Assembly: GCA_965637545.1 (NCBI GenBank)
Contig: OZ281500.1
Location: forward strand, 12,648,001-12,712,000
Origin: Phallusia mammillata
Lineage: Eukaryota
DNA: 64,000 nt
Direction: 5' to 3'
Below the pieces are notes generated by a model that had not been told where the DNA came from, did no database searches, and saw only the letters and a program-made list of their open reading frames with translations. The position numbers were made by a program, and so were the translations under genes. Numbering within the stretch: the stretch's first letter is position 1; each line of letters opens with the position of its first letter. This document shows positions 1-12,017 of the stretch, piece by piece.

Positions 1-1031
1 TGCTCCAACGGCCGATCGCCAAGCTTTGCCGCATCGTTGATTCTGACGAGAGCTTAACACCGACCTCGCCGAGCATTCGCAGCTCGGACTGCTAGATGGA
101 AGCCAAATTGAGTTTTCATAACAATAACTGTCCGACAAGAAATCATCGCCTCATTGCGATGCACGCGCGATTGGCGATGTTGTGTTTGAAAAAAATGTGT
201 CACGTTGCTCCCACATTTTGGGTGGGAGTGTTACATCGCCTTGTACATATGTTTATGTTTTCTGTGTTTCCCGCCAGTAGCCTTGATTCGTGTGTATGAC
301 GCAGTGTTGTGCAACCTGATACATTGTCTGGCACACTATCGGTGATTGTGATGTCACAACTTTGACATTGTTTATTGGTAACACGTCTTGTAAGCAAGAC
401 CGCCTCGTGTTTATTAGTGACTGGAACTTACAGCGTCTGCATGCGTTTTTTAACTGGTCATTTATGTTTGTTTTTTGTGTAACAAACAGGAAAATTATGC
501 TGTTTAGAAACTGAATCGTCCAATGTGTGACTTGTATATTTAGTGATCGGTAAGCATATGTTTAAACCTTGTTGTGACCTTTTGGATTTGAATTTATATG
601 AAACCTGTATTCAGACGTGAATTCCGCCGTCGTCCAACCCCGTGTTATTCTGAACCGAACTGTGTTATTCCGGTAAGATTATTGTTGCTTAAGTTTGCCG
701 TCAGTCACTAGTGTGATTAAGTGATGTTTATATGTGATGTTATTAGATGCTGTGTTTACAGACCTTCTACTGATCGCTTGCATTTAAACGACTCCAGTCC
801 TTTAATAGTTTGGTAAGCGTAAATGTCATTGAAATTCTCCTTCTGTTGCCTTGTCTTAATTTGAACATTTTTTGTAGAAACCGCCTTTTGACCCCTTGTA
901 CTCGCCGTGCTGCCATACTCTCGAGCGCCATCTTTCGGCTATATTGTAAAATAAAAGAGTTCGTTATATAGCTGCTGGCGTCTTGGAGTTTGAGCGCAAG
1001 GAAAGGCGCGTTAAAGACAATTTTAGGAACA
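1..1031 (+). mobile_element. 3' end of a BEL/Pao LTR retrotransposon (end of pol, PPT, 3' LTR)
   Basis: Frame 3 (3-95) reads LQRPIAKLCRIV...*, matching the 'RPIxKLC' motif at the C-terminus of BEL/Pao polyproteins. A purine tract GGTGGGAG (221-228) is followed directly by TGTTACA (229), the typical LTR start. AATAAA lies at 950-955. The LTR end is tentatively placed at ...GGAACA (1031); the 5' LTR and TSD are outside the window, so this end is uncertain. Confidence 0.75.
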
Positions 1032-1524
1032 CAAGCGATCGCCCCTGTTGTGCTGTCTGGAGGCGCATGGAGTCACGCCTTCCGATAATTAAAGACAGCG
1101 CAACAGTAGATAACCATGATGTACCTTTCGAAAACAACAACAGCAAGGTGGTGCGCACGCAATTTTTCATCCAGACTGCAAGACTGCTTGCAATTTGCCA
1201 AACTAACAACATAGGGGCAGAGACGCATAGTGCAGACTGCACACAGCAGACTGGACACTTGCAGAATGCTTTATTGCCCAAGCGCTTAAATTTTTGTCCA
1301 TTGCTAGGATCACACGCATAAAATAATTTAGTTGGGCTACAGAATAATAATCGATATTTAAAATGCAATAAACAAATAATTGAAAAAATAATTACTACAT
1401 TTTGTATCAAATCTAGAAGACTTGTAAGTATTAAATATGATTTTGTTCCCAAAATATGTCTGTTTCCATTTTAGCTATCTAATAATCTTCACTTAATTTT
1501 ACAAAATAGCATATTTGCAAGAAA

Positions 1525-2434
1525 ATGGAGTGTATCTATAATCCCACTGATGACAATGGATATGTTTTGATATCAAATCTAGACTACAGCAGCATTGTTG
1601 CAGGAGGTTTGTATTAAAAATTTAGTGTGTTATTTCACATTCTATTGGACTATTCAAAAATCATCAAATACTGTTGAGATTATTGTGATCACTATTGTTT
1701 CTAAATCTTTATTTGTTGCAGCATATGTCAATCCAGCTGTATGGTTTAAATACCTACACATAACAAGAAATTGGATATTCGAGGAAAAGCACCAGCTCAG
1801 AAGTGAAACAGAAAACTTGAGAACAAGAAATTTCAAAGTTGAATTTGGTCCTGCGGTTAGAAATCTTTTTCAGCTTTCTGATGATCACTATAAAGATTAC
1901 CTTGGGCTTATGAATCACTCCTTTAGATATGATTGTGTTGTTAAAAATGACAACGGGGAAAGTGCAGATTTTGATTTTGTGATCACAGAATTAAAAACTG
2001 GAAATCACATTGCCAGAGCAGTTTCCAGTGCAATAGTAGTTGGGTCTAAATCAAGTTCTATCCATCAAATTAAAAAATCTGGTGCTAAAAACAACCTGGA
2101 ATGCTACACATCCAGATTCCATGTTCCCAGATATGAAACTACTGAAACAAGTTGTGCCCTGGTTTGTTTGTTTATTTCAATGTGCCATAATTGTGCTGAT
2201 GAAGCAATCCAAAAAAGCATCCTTTCATTTTTAACTGGTAGTCTATGCAAATACTACCCCAACACTATTGAAGTACAGTTATATGATTTCCACTTAACCA
2301 AAGATCAAATTGATGTTTCTATGTGGACTGGTGAAAACAACAGTAAAACTTTGCACTTTCAACTGGAACAAAATGGAATAGTTCTTGCAAATATTTCTAT
2401 GGATTATGTCAAGTGGCCATCAGCTGGTCTGTAA
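1525..2434 (+). CDS. Uncharacterised protein, probable double hot-dog (acyl-ACP thioesterase-like) fold, copy 1
   Basis: Exon 1525-1606 (MECIYNPTDDNGYVLISNLDYSSIVAG) and a phase-1 GT-AG intron (1607-1721) join in frame to exon 1722-2434 (AYVNPAVWFKY...MDYVKWPSAGL*). It is clearly paralogous to 10083-10788. The fold call is inference from the alternating strand/helix pattern, e.g. IEVQL..LTKDQIDVSMW..LHFQLEQNG..LANISMDY. Confidence 0.7.
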
Positions 2435-2600
2435 TTTGTTTCAGTCTTGCTGTTCTTAGCTGTTTTGTTTTGACAAACAGAAATATATATAAGTGGAATG
2501 GCATTAACTTTTGATCTGTAAACATGATTTGAAATTAATATTATTGCTTTTTAAATGTTACAATGTTTTTCAACCTTATGAAGCAAATTAAGCACTTTAT

Positions 2601-2853
2601 CAAGGTTGGGTAACTTTCGAAATGCAGGCTGCACCTGGCCCACAACTGCATTAGAAGTTGCGTATTTTGTTTTGATTGGCCGGATGCAATAAGTCCAATT
2701 GATGTGCAAAAGATGTGTTTATAAATTAAATGCTTGTAGTTATCTGTTAACCATCGAACAAGTATGGGGGTAAAGTTAATTTTGCAAACATTGTTTTATT
2801 ATTGCATGAGCATCGTTTTTGGCCTGCACATGCAAAAAGGTTGCCCACCTACA
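2601..2853. mobile_element. Degenerate hAT-type MITE
   Basis: Left end CAAGGTTGGGTAACTT and right end AAGGTTGCCCACCT resemble the CAGGGGTGGGCAACCT TIR of the MITE at 55948-56267. No clean TSD; boundaries are approximate. Confidence 0.4.
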
Positions 2854-3930
2854 CCATACCATTATCATTTATTTTCTTGATGCTTCTACAAATTAGGCAC
2901 TTATGTTACTGTTTTAAAGACAACACATGAAAAGGTTGTAGCTTTTTTGACAAACATGGAGAGTAGTTCAACTAACTCATTAATACTTTTGTGCTTACAA
3001 GGTTTTTGTTGCCACTAAACGTTTCAAAATCAGGTATTTGACTAAAGAGGCCAAAACACAGCCAAATCTAGCCAAATCCAAAAGACCTTGTTGTCCCTAA
3101 AACGTGCCTACAACCTTTCCAGTGACAATTAAAGAACCGCAGTTGTGGCTCCAGACGTTCAGTCGCGCCTGGTCAAAACCAAATGGAGTGCCACAATTTA
3201 CTTACACTATAATCTCTTGTCACCAGCTGCGACGTGATATGTTGTTTCTCAAAATATATCAACGAAACACAATACCATGTTAATATACTTCCGCTTTAAA
3301 ATGCATGCGTTTCAGTTTGATCGTATAACCATTTTGGCAAGCAATTTTATGCAATTACCGGACTATGCGATGACGCAACGATTTTCTCAAATGACTATGC
3401 AAATATACGGAATATGTTCTTATGTACTGTGTGTATTATGTATTCAGCGCAATGTACAGCTGGTGTTGTCGTTTTAGCAGGACGATCGAAAATCACGACA
3501 AAGCATTCAGCATTCCAAAGTATCTCGTCAGTACACACAAATATGTTCTGAAATAAATTCATCGCTCGTACGCTTTCTAACGCAAGAAGTGTCTTTTTTT
3601 CTTCCTAAAGCGTATTCTTTGTGTACCGGTGCAATCGGCCGGATGGGTATGCAACTTTTATTTCAGGTTTTTGGACTTAATGACGAAACACAAATACAGA
3701 AGACAACTTGTTAACCTAATTTTGTTGTTTTTATTACTAAAACATCTGCATTCTTTTATTAATTCGAAGTCATAGATTTATTTTTACTGTAATGCCTATT
3801 TGACGGTTTACACTTAGGCAGATAAAATTAGAGCCGCCACGTGGCGCCTTTTTACAAGTAGGCCTATCGCATAAAAAAATGCGAATCTTTAAATTTGGAT
3901 TTTGAAGTCATGTAAGGGTGTCTGGCGCTC

Positions 3931-5274
3931 ATGAAGGTAGGAGGTATGAGCAAAAAGCCAAGTTATGCGCAGGTGGCAACCGACAGTGCAGTGAGTGCAC
4001 TAAAAACACCAAACTGCTTGAGTTTTAAAGCTACGAAACAGCTTAAAAGAGAAGAATTATGGAACCTAATGAAGGAAATCAATTTCCCTTTAAGAAAAAT
4101 CGTAGGAATAGCTGAAATGAAGGGCACTCTTGTGGATGTAACCTGCACAACAAGAGAAAACGTTTTGGACCTGCATAGGAAATTATTGGAGGTATCGTAT
4201 GTTCAAAACTCAAGACTGTATGAAAGCGATACGATTAATGTAGGCGTTGGATGGGTCCCGATACCGTTTCCAAATGCCTTAATTGCTAAAAACATGGAGG
4301 AGCACTATGGCAAAGTAAATAAAATAGTACATAGAAAAGACAAAGAAGGACTTTTTTCCGGTATGAGGATACTTACCATGAACAAAGTTGATCTAGAAAA
4401 AAAACCCATACCCAGCTACATTCGGGTACATGGTAGTGAATTTTATGTAACATATCACGGTCAAGCAATTACCTGTAAATACTGTGGAGAAACAGGCCAC
4501 AAACAGTCTGCTTGTGCAAAAAGAAAGGAGGATTTTCCTTTGTTAGAAAACAGGCAGCAACAAAACAAAACCCAAGCAGCGCCGCAAGATAAGGAAACTG
4601 GGTCACGCTTGCAAACCCAGATCTCAGATAAGGAGGTGACGACTCAACGCCTCCAGTATGATAGTGACCCTGTCCCAGAGGCATTACATGAGGCTGAACA
4701 AATCAACCAAGAAAAACAGGAGATCTCGGCAATTATTGCCCCGACAGTGGCTCGCAAACGACCACGTAATAGCCCAACAGATTTTCCGGAAAGTAAATCT
4801 CGTAGTCTATGCGAATACACAATCCCAGTAAAGTGCCCAAGCTGCAATACTGGAAGCCTAGTGGACCCAGACTGCAAGAATTTATTCTGCTGTAAATGCA
4901 AAAAAGAATATATAGTGGCTAAGGCTTGTTGCGATGAGGCAACCTTGTTCCTTTTGCCACAATTCGAAACAGAAACAAAATGTCCAAAATGTCAAGCACC
5001 AATGAGGCTGATGCCATGCTGTAACGAAATGCAACCAGAATACATAATGGACGGAAACTTGTTCGAGTGCATCCGATGCCAAAGGTATGCCATTACTTGT
5101 GAATGTAATACAGTTAACGCTCTTCCTAAGATAGCTATGAGCAAAGAATGTTCAAATCCCGCCTGTAGAAGAAAATTAGTCCACTGCAGTTGTGGGAAAA
5201 AAACCGCTGTCAACATTGAACCTAGTCAACCTTACAATTGTAATTGTGGGTTTGAGTATGAGTGGGATATATAG
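3931..5274 (+). CDS. LINE ORF1 (Tx1-type nucleic-acid-binding protein with CCHC zinc knuckle and Cys-rich C-terminal tail)
   Basis: Intact 447-aa ORF. It has an N-terminal SYAQV motif, the Tx1-like IPSYIRV...FYVTYHGQ segment, and a CX2CX4HX4C knuckle (CKYCGETGHKQSAC). The last ~155 aa contain 23 Cys. Confidence 0.9.
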   Translation: MKVGGMSKKPSYAQVATDSAVSALKTPNCLSFKATKQLKREELWNLMKEINFPLRKIVGIAEMKGTLVDVTCTTRENVLDLHRKLLEVSYVQNSRLYESDTINVGVGWVPIPFPNALIAKNMEEHYGKVNKIVHRKDKEGLFSGMRILTMNKVDLEKKPIPSYIRVHGSEFYVTYHGQAITCKYCGETGHKQSACAKRKEDFPLLENRQQQNKTQAAPQDKETGSRLQTQISDKEVTTQRLQYDSDPVPEALHEAEQINQEKQEISAIIAPTVARKRPRNSPTDFPESKSRSLCEYTIPVKCPSCNTGSLVDPDCKNLFCCKCKKEYIVAKACCDEATLFLLPQFETETKCPKCQAPMRLMPCCNEMQPEYIMDGNLFECIRCQRYAITCECNTVNALPKIAMSKECSNPACRRKLVHCSCGKKTAVNIEPSQPYNCNCGFEYEWDI

Positions 5275-5342
5275 AAGAAGGTGTTCAGAAATATCAATAG
5301 TTTGTTGTTGTTTTTTTGCTTTTTTAATTTTCTCTTTCGGTG

Positions 5343-8300
5343 ATGTCTGTATTAAATGTTGCCTCTTTTAATGTGGGGGGTGTAAGAAATAATAAAAAAC
5401 GGAAAACTATATTTCACTTTCTTAAAAGGAAGGCATTTCATATCATTTTTCTCCAGGAAACGCATTGTTCAATTAATGAGGAAAAATTATGGGAATTAGA
5501 ATGGGGTAACAAAATAGTTTGGGCACATGGCTCTACCCGCAGTAAAGGTGTGGCAATCCTGCTCACAAAAAACTTTTTGCACTCACCCAAAATCGTAGAA
5601 GTAGACCCCGAAGGGAGGTACGTTTTCGAATATAACAACCGCGAGTTGAAACTTTGCAATCTATACGCGCCAAACAACGATGACCCAGTTTTTTTCGACA
5701 CGCTTTTTGCGAAAGTAGGCGAGGAGGATAACTCAAATCTCATCATAGGCGGTGACTTTAATGTAACGCTGCAGGATAATTTAGACAAAAGCCAAGGGCC
5801 CCCTAATCCCAATCGTAATTCACGAAAGACTATTCTCTCACATATGGAAACTTTTAATTTATGCGACGTTTTTCGTAAGATGCATCCGACCACCAAAAGA
5901 TTTTCGCGAGTACAACTTAACCCTTTGGTAGCTACCCGCATCGATTTCTTCCTGCTTTCGGAATACCAAAAAAACAAAGTAACATCTGCCGATATTGTAC
6001 AGGGGGTAAAATCAGACCATAAGATCGTATCATTCTCTCTTAAATTCTTACAAACTGTTAGAGGTAAAGGGTATTGGAAATTAAACACAAATTTACTATC
6101 GGATAAGAGGTTTATTTCCATCATCCAAAAAACAATTCAGGATTATAAGATAAACAACGCTCAATGTGACACAAATCCGCATATTCTGTGGGATGCTTTT
6201 AAAGCCGTAATTCGTGGAGAAACCATAAAATACAGCATAAAAGTCAAACGAAAAAACTCTGCTAAACAGCGGAAGTTGGAGAGCGAAATAGAAAAACTTG
6301 AACAGGAAATAACCCAAGGTAACCCTGATTTAATAGAAAAACTAACCAAATTAAAAATTGATTTGGACATTCTAATAGAGGCCCAAACAAAGGGTGCGAT
6401 GGTAAGAAGTCGAACGAAGTGGGCAGAAAAGGGCGAAAGAAATACGAAGTATTTTTTAAACCTGGAAAAACGCCATGCGTTGAAAAAATCGATCGATCAA
6501 TTGAAAATAGACAATAACGCTTGCTCAGACCAAAAGGTGATCTTAGATGAGTTGGTAAAATTTTTTGAACATCTTTACCAACAGCCTGATTCTCATTATG
6601 CAACATCAGAGGTGACATCACGCCTTTTAAAACTTAATTTGCCAACGTTAAATGAATCTCAGTTTGAAAATAGTGAGTTGCCGATTTCCGAAAACGAGTT
6701 ATAGGCTACGCATCGCTGAAATCTATGCCCCGAAATAAATCGCCGCGGGCCCAGACGGATACCCTGTCGAGTTCTATGAAACATTTTGGAATGACCTTAA
6801 GGACATGTTTAAGGATGCATGGACTTATTCCGCGCAAGTAGGACACTTCAGTCCAACGCAGTGCCAAGGAGTGGTGACCCTCCTACCAAAACCCAATAAA
6901 GACAAACAGCTCATCACTAACTATAGACCCATAACACTGTTAAACGCTGACTACAAAATCGTGTCTAAAGTCATAAACAACCGCATAAAATCCAACCTGG
7001 ATCACCTCGTCAATCGAGACCAGAACGGGTTCATTATGGGAGGTTCATCGGGGATAATATTCGTTTACTGTTCGATGTGATTGACCTTGCTGATAATCAA
7101 CAATATCCAGGGGCTATACTGTCTCTAGATATGTACAAAGCTTTTGATACAATCGAGTGGAGGTTCATTTACGCCGCATTAAAAACATTTGGTTTCGGAA
7201 ATAATGTTCTGCATTGGGTACAATGCTGTTACTCGAATCCCACAAGCACCATAATTAACAATAATTTTTTGTCACGGCAAATTAGTATCAAAAGGGGGGG
7301 TAAGGCAGGGAGACCCTTTATCTCCAACTTTATTTGTACTTGCCATTGAATGCCTAGCGGCTGCAATGCGAAAAGATGACGAAGTAGGAATTCATTTATT
7401 GGGCAATGACTTTAAAGTGTCGCTCCTGGCAGACGATACGCTGGTTTTTTTGAAAGGGGAACCAAACAATTTTGATCGAGCCTTTGCGATTCTTAATGAG
7501 TTTGGCTTTATGTCGGGCTGTAAAATAAACATCAAAAAATCGTTAGCGTTCTACATTGGGTCCAAAAGATCATCGCAGATTAAACCTTACCTAGATAAAG
7601 GCCTAACATGGCCAGAGACGTCATTTCGTTATCTCGGAATCGAATTTCCTGCCAACGGGTCGCCAAAAGAACTTTTCGACTTAAATTTTGCTGGTATTAT
7701 TAAAAAAACCAAAACAATACTAAATATTTGGTCCTCTAGGGGACTTACCTTGATCGGACGGGTATGCATTTAATGTCGTGCCTATCGCCCTGCCAAGTGC
7801 ATTTCTAAAAGACCTCAAAAGGACAATGTTCAAGTTTATCTGGAACTCAAAGTGGGAAAAGGTCAAGCGCACTAAGTTGTGTGGGAAAATTGAGGCTGGG
7901 GGCATTAATATGCTGGACCTCGACGCGTACTTAGTGTCACTCGGTGTTAAATGGGTCAACCGGCTGTTTGATGATTCGTATGCGTCTCCCTGGAAAACCA
8001 TCGAAACCTCACTTGCCAATTCAAGGGAATTCAATTCATGGTTAAGCAGTAACATTCCGCCCACCTCAAAAGCTTACGTAAAATCGATACCACTTCGCAC
8101 GCTACGAAAAGCAGTCTCTGATTGCAAACTTTTTGCTAAACTAACTGGGTTACCCACAAACATCTCTAGGCCCCTTTGGCTCAACAAAGAAATCAAATAT
8201 CGCTCCAATGCGTTCTACATCCCAACTCTTATTCGCGCCGGTATACTTAGTCACTACGATCTAATTAACAAAGAAGGCCACTATATGACTTACGACGACC

Positions 8301-9052
8301 TCGCATTAAGATTTAACTTCACACCAACCAATCACGGATTCATTGAATTTATTAGACTGGTTTCTGCCATCCCAGCGAATTGGGATGAACTAGACAAACA
8401 TGCCAGCCAAGAAAACGTTCAAAAGACCCCATTTTGGTTAAACACAATCGCCAAATTTAGCGAGGTAAAACAAGCCTACCTACACGTAACAGATTACACC
8501 ACAGAATCACCCATCCACCAACAGGAAATATGGGAAAGGGATTTGGGTACGGGAACGAATATACCAAACTGGGAACACATATACATTAATAACTATATTT
8601 GTACGATAGAAACAAAATTAAGAGCCTTTCAAATGAAATTGAATTTAAGAGCCATCATAACTAATGATAAATTATATACAGTTGGCATAGTACCCTCACA
8701 ACAGTGCGTTTTCTGTAAAGATTCTCCAGAAACCCTTTTACATCTTTTTTACTCATGCACTGTAACTGCAAAGTATTGGGAAAATGTTACTGCGTGGATT
8801 TCGAGCAAACTGTCAATTGATGTTAGACCTCGTGCAATTTTATGTTTATTTGGAACTGATGGCCAAGAACTGTTACTGAACTGCATACTTCTGTGTGCGC
8901 GATATGTTATTTTTCAGAGCAAATACGCGCAAAGTAAACCAACTTTGCAAAGATTTATTTATTCCCTAAAAACGCTAAAACACTCGGAGTTTCTACTTGC
9001 AATTAAAACCAACAAACGCCCTGATTTTTTACGTAAGTGGTCCGGCCTTTGA
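5343..9052 (+). pseudogene. LINE ORF2 (APE endonuclease + reverse transcriptase + C-terminal CCHC), broken by about five indels
   Basis: APE motifs: NVGG, LQETH, YAPN, GGDFN, RIDFF, SDH. RT motifs: KSPGPDG (frameshifted), YRPITLLNADYKI, LSLDMYKAFD, GVRQGDPLS (frameshifted), LADD. C-terminal CVFC..ETLLHLFYSC. Frame breaks near 6702, 6745, 7040, 7300 and 7770. Confidence 0.92.
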
Positions 9053-10082
9053 TTGTCGCGTACTTGACTTAGCGTATTTCTTGTCTTGTTCGTATTCTTT
9101 CTCATTTTACTTGTTATTGTAATAAAAAAAAAAAAAAAGAATCTTTAAATTTAATCAATACATAATGTTTGATCTGTGATCTTTCATTATTTCATTTGTT
9201 TATCACAAGCTCAAAATTTCAAACTTTTTAGCAACACTTTGTAGTTTATGCAGTTTGACAAAAAGTGTAGGGGAAATCAGCGTTCTTGTTTGGGTTTGCA
9301 TGTTATTTGTCAACAAAAATCTAAATAGGTTTGGAAGGTTGCGTGTAGTGATTCATTTCCCGCAGCTTAAAGACTGCATGTTTCGAAGTAAAAACAGATG
9401 TTTACGGGGTCTTAAGTATTAATTTCACCATCATTAGCGATTTTATTCGAGCAGTCGATTGGACTTTTTTTGTGATTTCATCGTGTTTGATTCTGCTTGG
9501 AAGAAGTCATGGAATGCGTTTATTTTCCTTCCGACAAAGGATATGTGTTGATCTCAAACCTGGAATACCACAATTTTGTCGGAGGTTTGTTATGTTTCTC
9601 TTTTTGATGGTTGCAAAAAAAATTTCGAGTTAACTAACTGTATGTATTTTGATAATAAGTTAATAACCAATGCACTTTTCGAGCGTTTTTTTTCAAAGAT
9701 TTCGATTATGACACAAGTCAATATCATTTCATAGTATCCGTCAAAAAAAAGAATTAAAATATTTTTATCGGCCTGTGTTAACGATACAGAGAACAATTTT
9801 TACCGTTAAAAATCTGACTTTTTGCTGGAGAAAACTAGAGCTGCGTTTTTTGATAATCTTTAGAGAGTGATGGGGCCATTTGGCAACATAATGTTGTTGT
9901 TGCTTTTAAAAAATGGAATCAGTACAGGTGTAAACAGTGCCGTCAATTCTTTTGTAATACGCTGGCAAAATATAATTCTGGTGGTAAGCATACATATTTT
10001 GCTGCTGTCTGTTGTCTTCGTTCAAAAACTATATAGTTGACATGTAGATTCCGTTTCACAACTTCATCTACTTTGTTGTAAT

Positions 10083-10788
10083 AGACTACCTAAACCCAGC
10101 CATGTGGTTCAAGTACATACAAGTAACCAGTGATTGGATTCTCGAAAAAAAATACAAGGCTGAAGGCAAAACGGAAAATCTAAGAGCGAGAAGCTATAGA
10201 ATTGACCTGGAAACGTCCGAGATCTCAAAAATCTTTCAGTTTGATGGAACAAACTTCTATGAAGAGTTTTCCAGATTCCCAAACGAATCCGTTAGAATAG
10301 ATTGTGACATAACCCATAGCGATAGTAGAAATGCAAGGTTAAACTTTTCAATAATACGGTCAACAACTGGCCATCAACTGGCGAAAGCGGTTTCTAATTT
10401 GTTTGTTGTTGGCTCTGACCAAAATTTTAAAAAAATCTCTGTTGTCACAAGCACATGCTATAAGTCCAGTTTTCACCTTCCCGGGTATGAAAATATTGAT
10501 AAAACTTGTGATGCAGTCACTTTTTTTATTTCAATGTGCCATAATTGTGCTGATGAGGCAATCAGAAAAAGAGTAATTTCTCTTTTGTCTGGTGGTATTT
10601 GTAAATGTTATCCCAACACTATCGAAGTACAATTAAATGATGTAAAATTAACACAAAATCCCATTGATATTAGTGTGTGGACTGGTGAAAACAGAAATAA
10701 AACTTTGCACTTTTCTCTGGAACAAAATGACGTACATCTTGCAAACATTTCTATGGATTATACCAAGTGGCCATCAGCTGGTCTGTAA
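10083..10788 (+). CDS. Uncharacterised probable double hot-dog (thioesterase-like) protein, copy 2 (main exon)
   Basis: Acceptor TAATAG then (D)YLNPAMWFKY...MDYTKWPSAGL*. It shares FISMCHNCADEAI, YPNTIEVQL and WTGEN.NKTLHF.LEQN with copy 1, with the same phase-1 intron position. A donor at 9984 is phase-compatible, but the start codon of the upstream exon could not be resolved. Confidence 0.7.
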
Positions 10789-12017
10789 TGATTTCGGGAC
10801 ATGTTTGAAATTTTGTTGCTCTCACTCATATTGTGTTATTAAACAAGATACATAAACAAATCGTACATTTTGGAAGTATTATTAATTATGTGTATCTTTT
10901 TAACTGTCACGCCAAGGCAACATGTAGCTGTTTTTTGCAATGTTTGTAAGTTTTTTTGATCATTGTTTAGCGGCTAAAAAAGTTGTAAACCAACATTGTT
11001 TTTTAAGAAAGGCGTCGTGCTGGTGATGAATCATTTTTAGTAACTAACTTGTGGCATGACTCTTTACTGGAAAGGATATGGTTGTGCAGTGTTGAACCGC
11101 GCAGCTTGTTTCCACACCTGCTTCACTGTTTTCCGGAAAAAGGACAATTAGTTATCGCTCAATTTAATAGCCGCGATGTATGGTTGTAAAATTTATCCAG
11201 GAATGTGTTTATCTTAGTTCTATATTGTCAACCATGTGCTGCTACGCAACCAGCTTGGCAACATTCATTACCGTGGGGAACAGGCATTGCTTCCTTGTCA
11301 TATTTATACTTTTGATTTAAGGTTACTGATTCCAAAGGTCTAAACTGTTCGAACAAATTGCCACCAGTTTCGGTCAAAAATATTTCGTCTGTAATCAAAA
11401 ATTGGTTTTGTATGCTTGATCATTTTTTACAAATTGACCACACTTCGCTTAGAGGTGACAACTAGTTTCTCCCGTCACAGACAAGAAACAACATTGTTCG
11501 TCGTTATGAAGTTACGAAGTTGTTGTTATACAGCAATTTGGTGTCTTAGCATGTAAATAAACCAAATCAAATTAAAAAACTGATGCATTTCGTACAAAAA
11601 CAGGCGAACCATCTGCGGATGGCGACCAATGCTTGAATATTCTGGCCTAAACTGCACCGATCGATTGGTGAAAGTAAACAACACTTCAAAAGATTTTACT
11701 ACGATATGCATTTACATTTGCTATTCTAAAAACATATGAACATTACTAGATGTAGTAGGCCTAATTAATTTAGACTAACTAATTAACTTTTCGACTATTC
11801 ATTAGCGAAAAAAGGAAATGCCGTATCAGCACGTGTTGCAGTGGTCGATTTTTATTCACGCCACTAAGTTTTTTTGTTTACTTTAATTCTAAACGCTGGA
11901 GAAATAAATACAACAAAAAATGCAGTACCACAACCTTCGTAACAGTTTGTTTCCATTTTACAGCAACTGGAACAGAAAAGTAAATTAAAAGATATAACTT
12001 ACATAAGGTTTGCTATA

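Larger units (their letters stand above)
3897..9138 (+). mobile_element. Full-length Tx1/L1-clade non-LTR retrotransposon (LINE), ORF2 inactivated
   Basis: Perfect 14-bp TSD GAATCTTTAAATTT at 3883-3896 and 9139-9152. AATAAA runs into a poly(A) tail (9121-9138). Two-ORF layout with a T-rich inter-ORF spacer (5275-5339). Confidence 0.95.

Noticed and set aside
964-1452. ORFs 983-1321(+) and 964-1452(-)
   Set aside because: They straddle the inferred LTR end, have no recognisable motifs and overlap on opposite strands, so they are most likely chance frames.
2420-2434. C-terminal SAGL* of the hot-dog paralogs as a peroxisomal signal
   Set aside because: AGL does not fit the PTS1 consensus (S/A/C)(K/R/H)(L/M).
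5438-6621. Minus-strand ORFs up to 228 aa inside the LINE
   Set aside because: Antisense shadows of ORF2 with no independent coding signal.
7420-7440. RT catalytic motif reads LADD instead of YADD
   Set aside because: L/F at this position occurs naturally in invertebrate Tx1-type RTs, so it is not evidence of inactivation or novelty.
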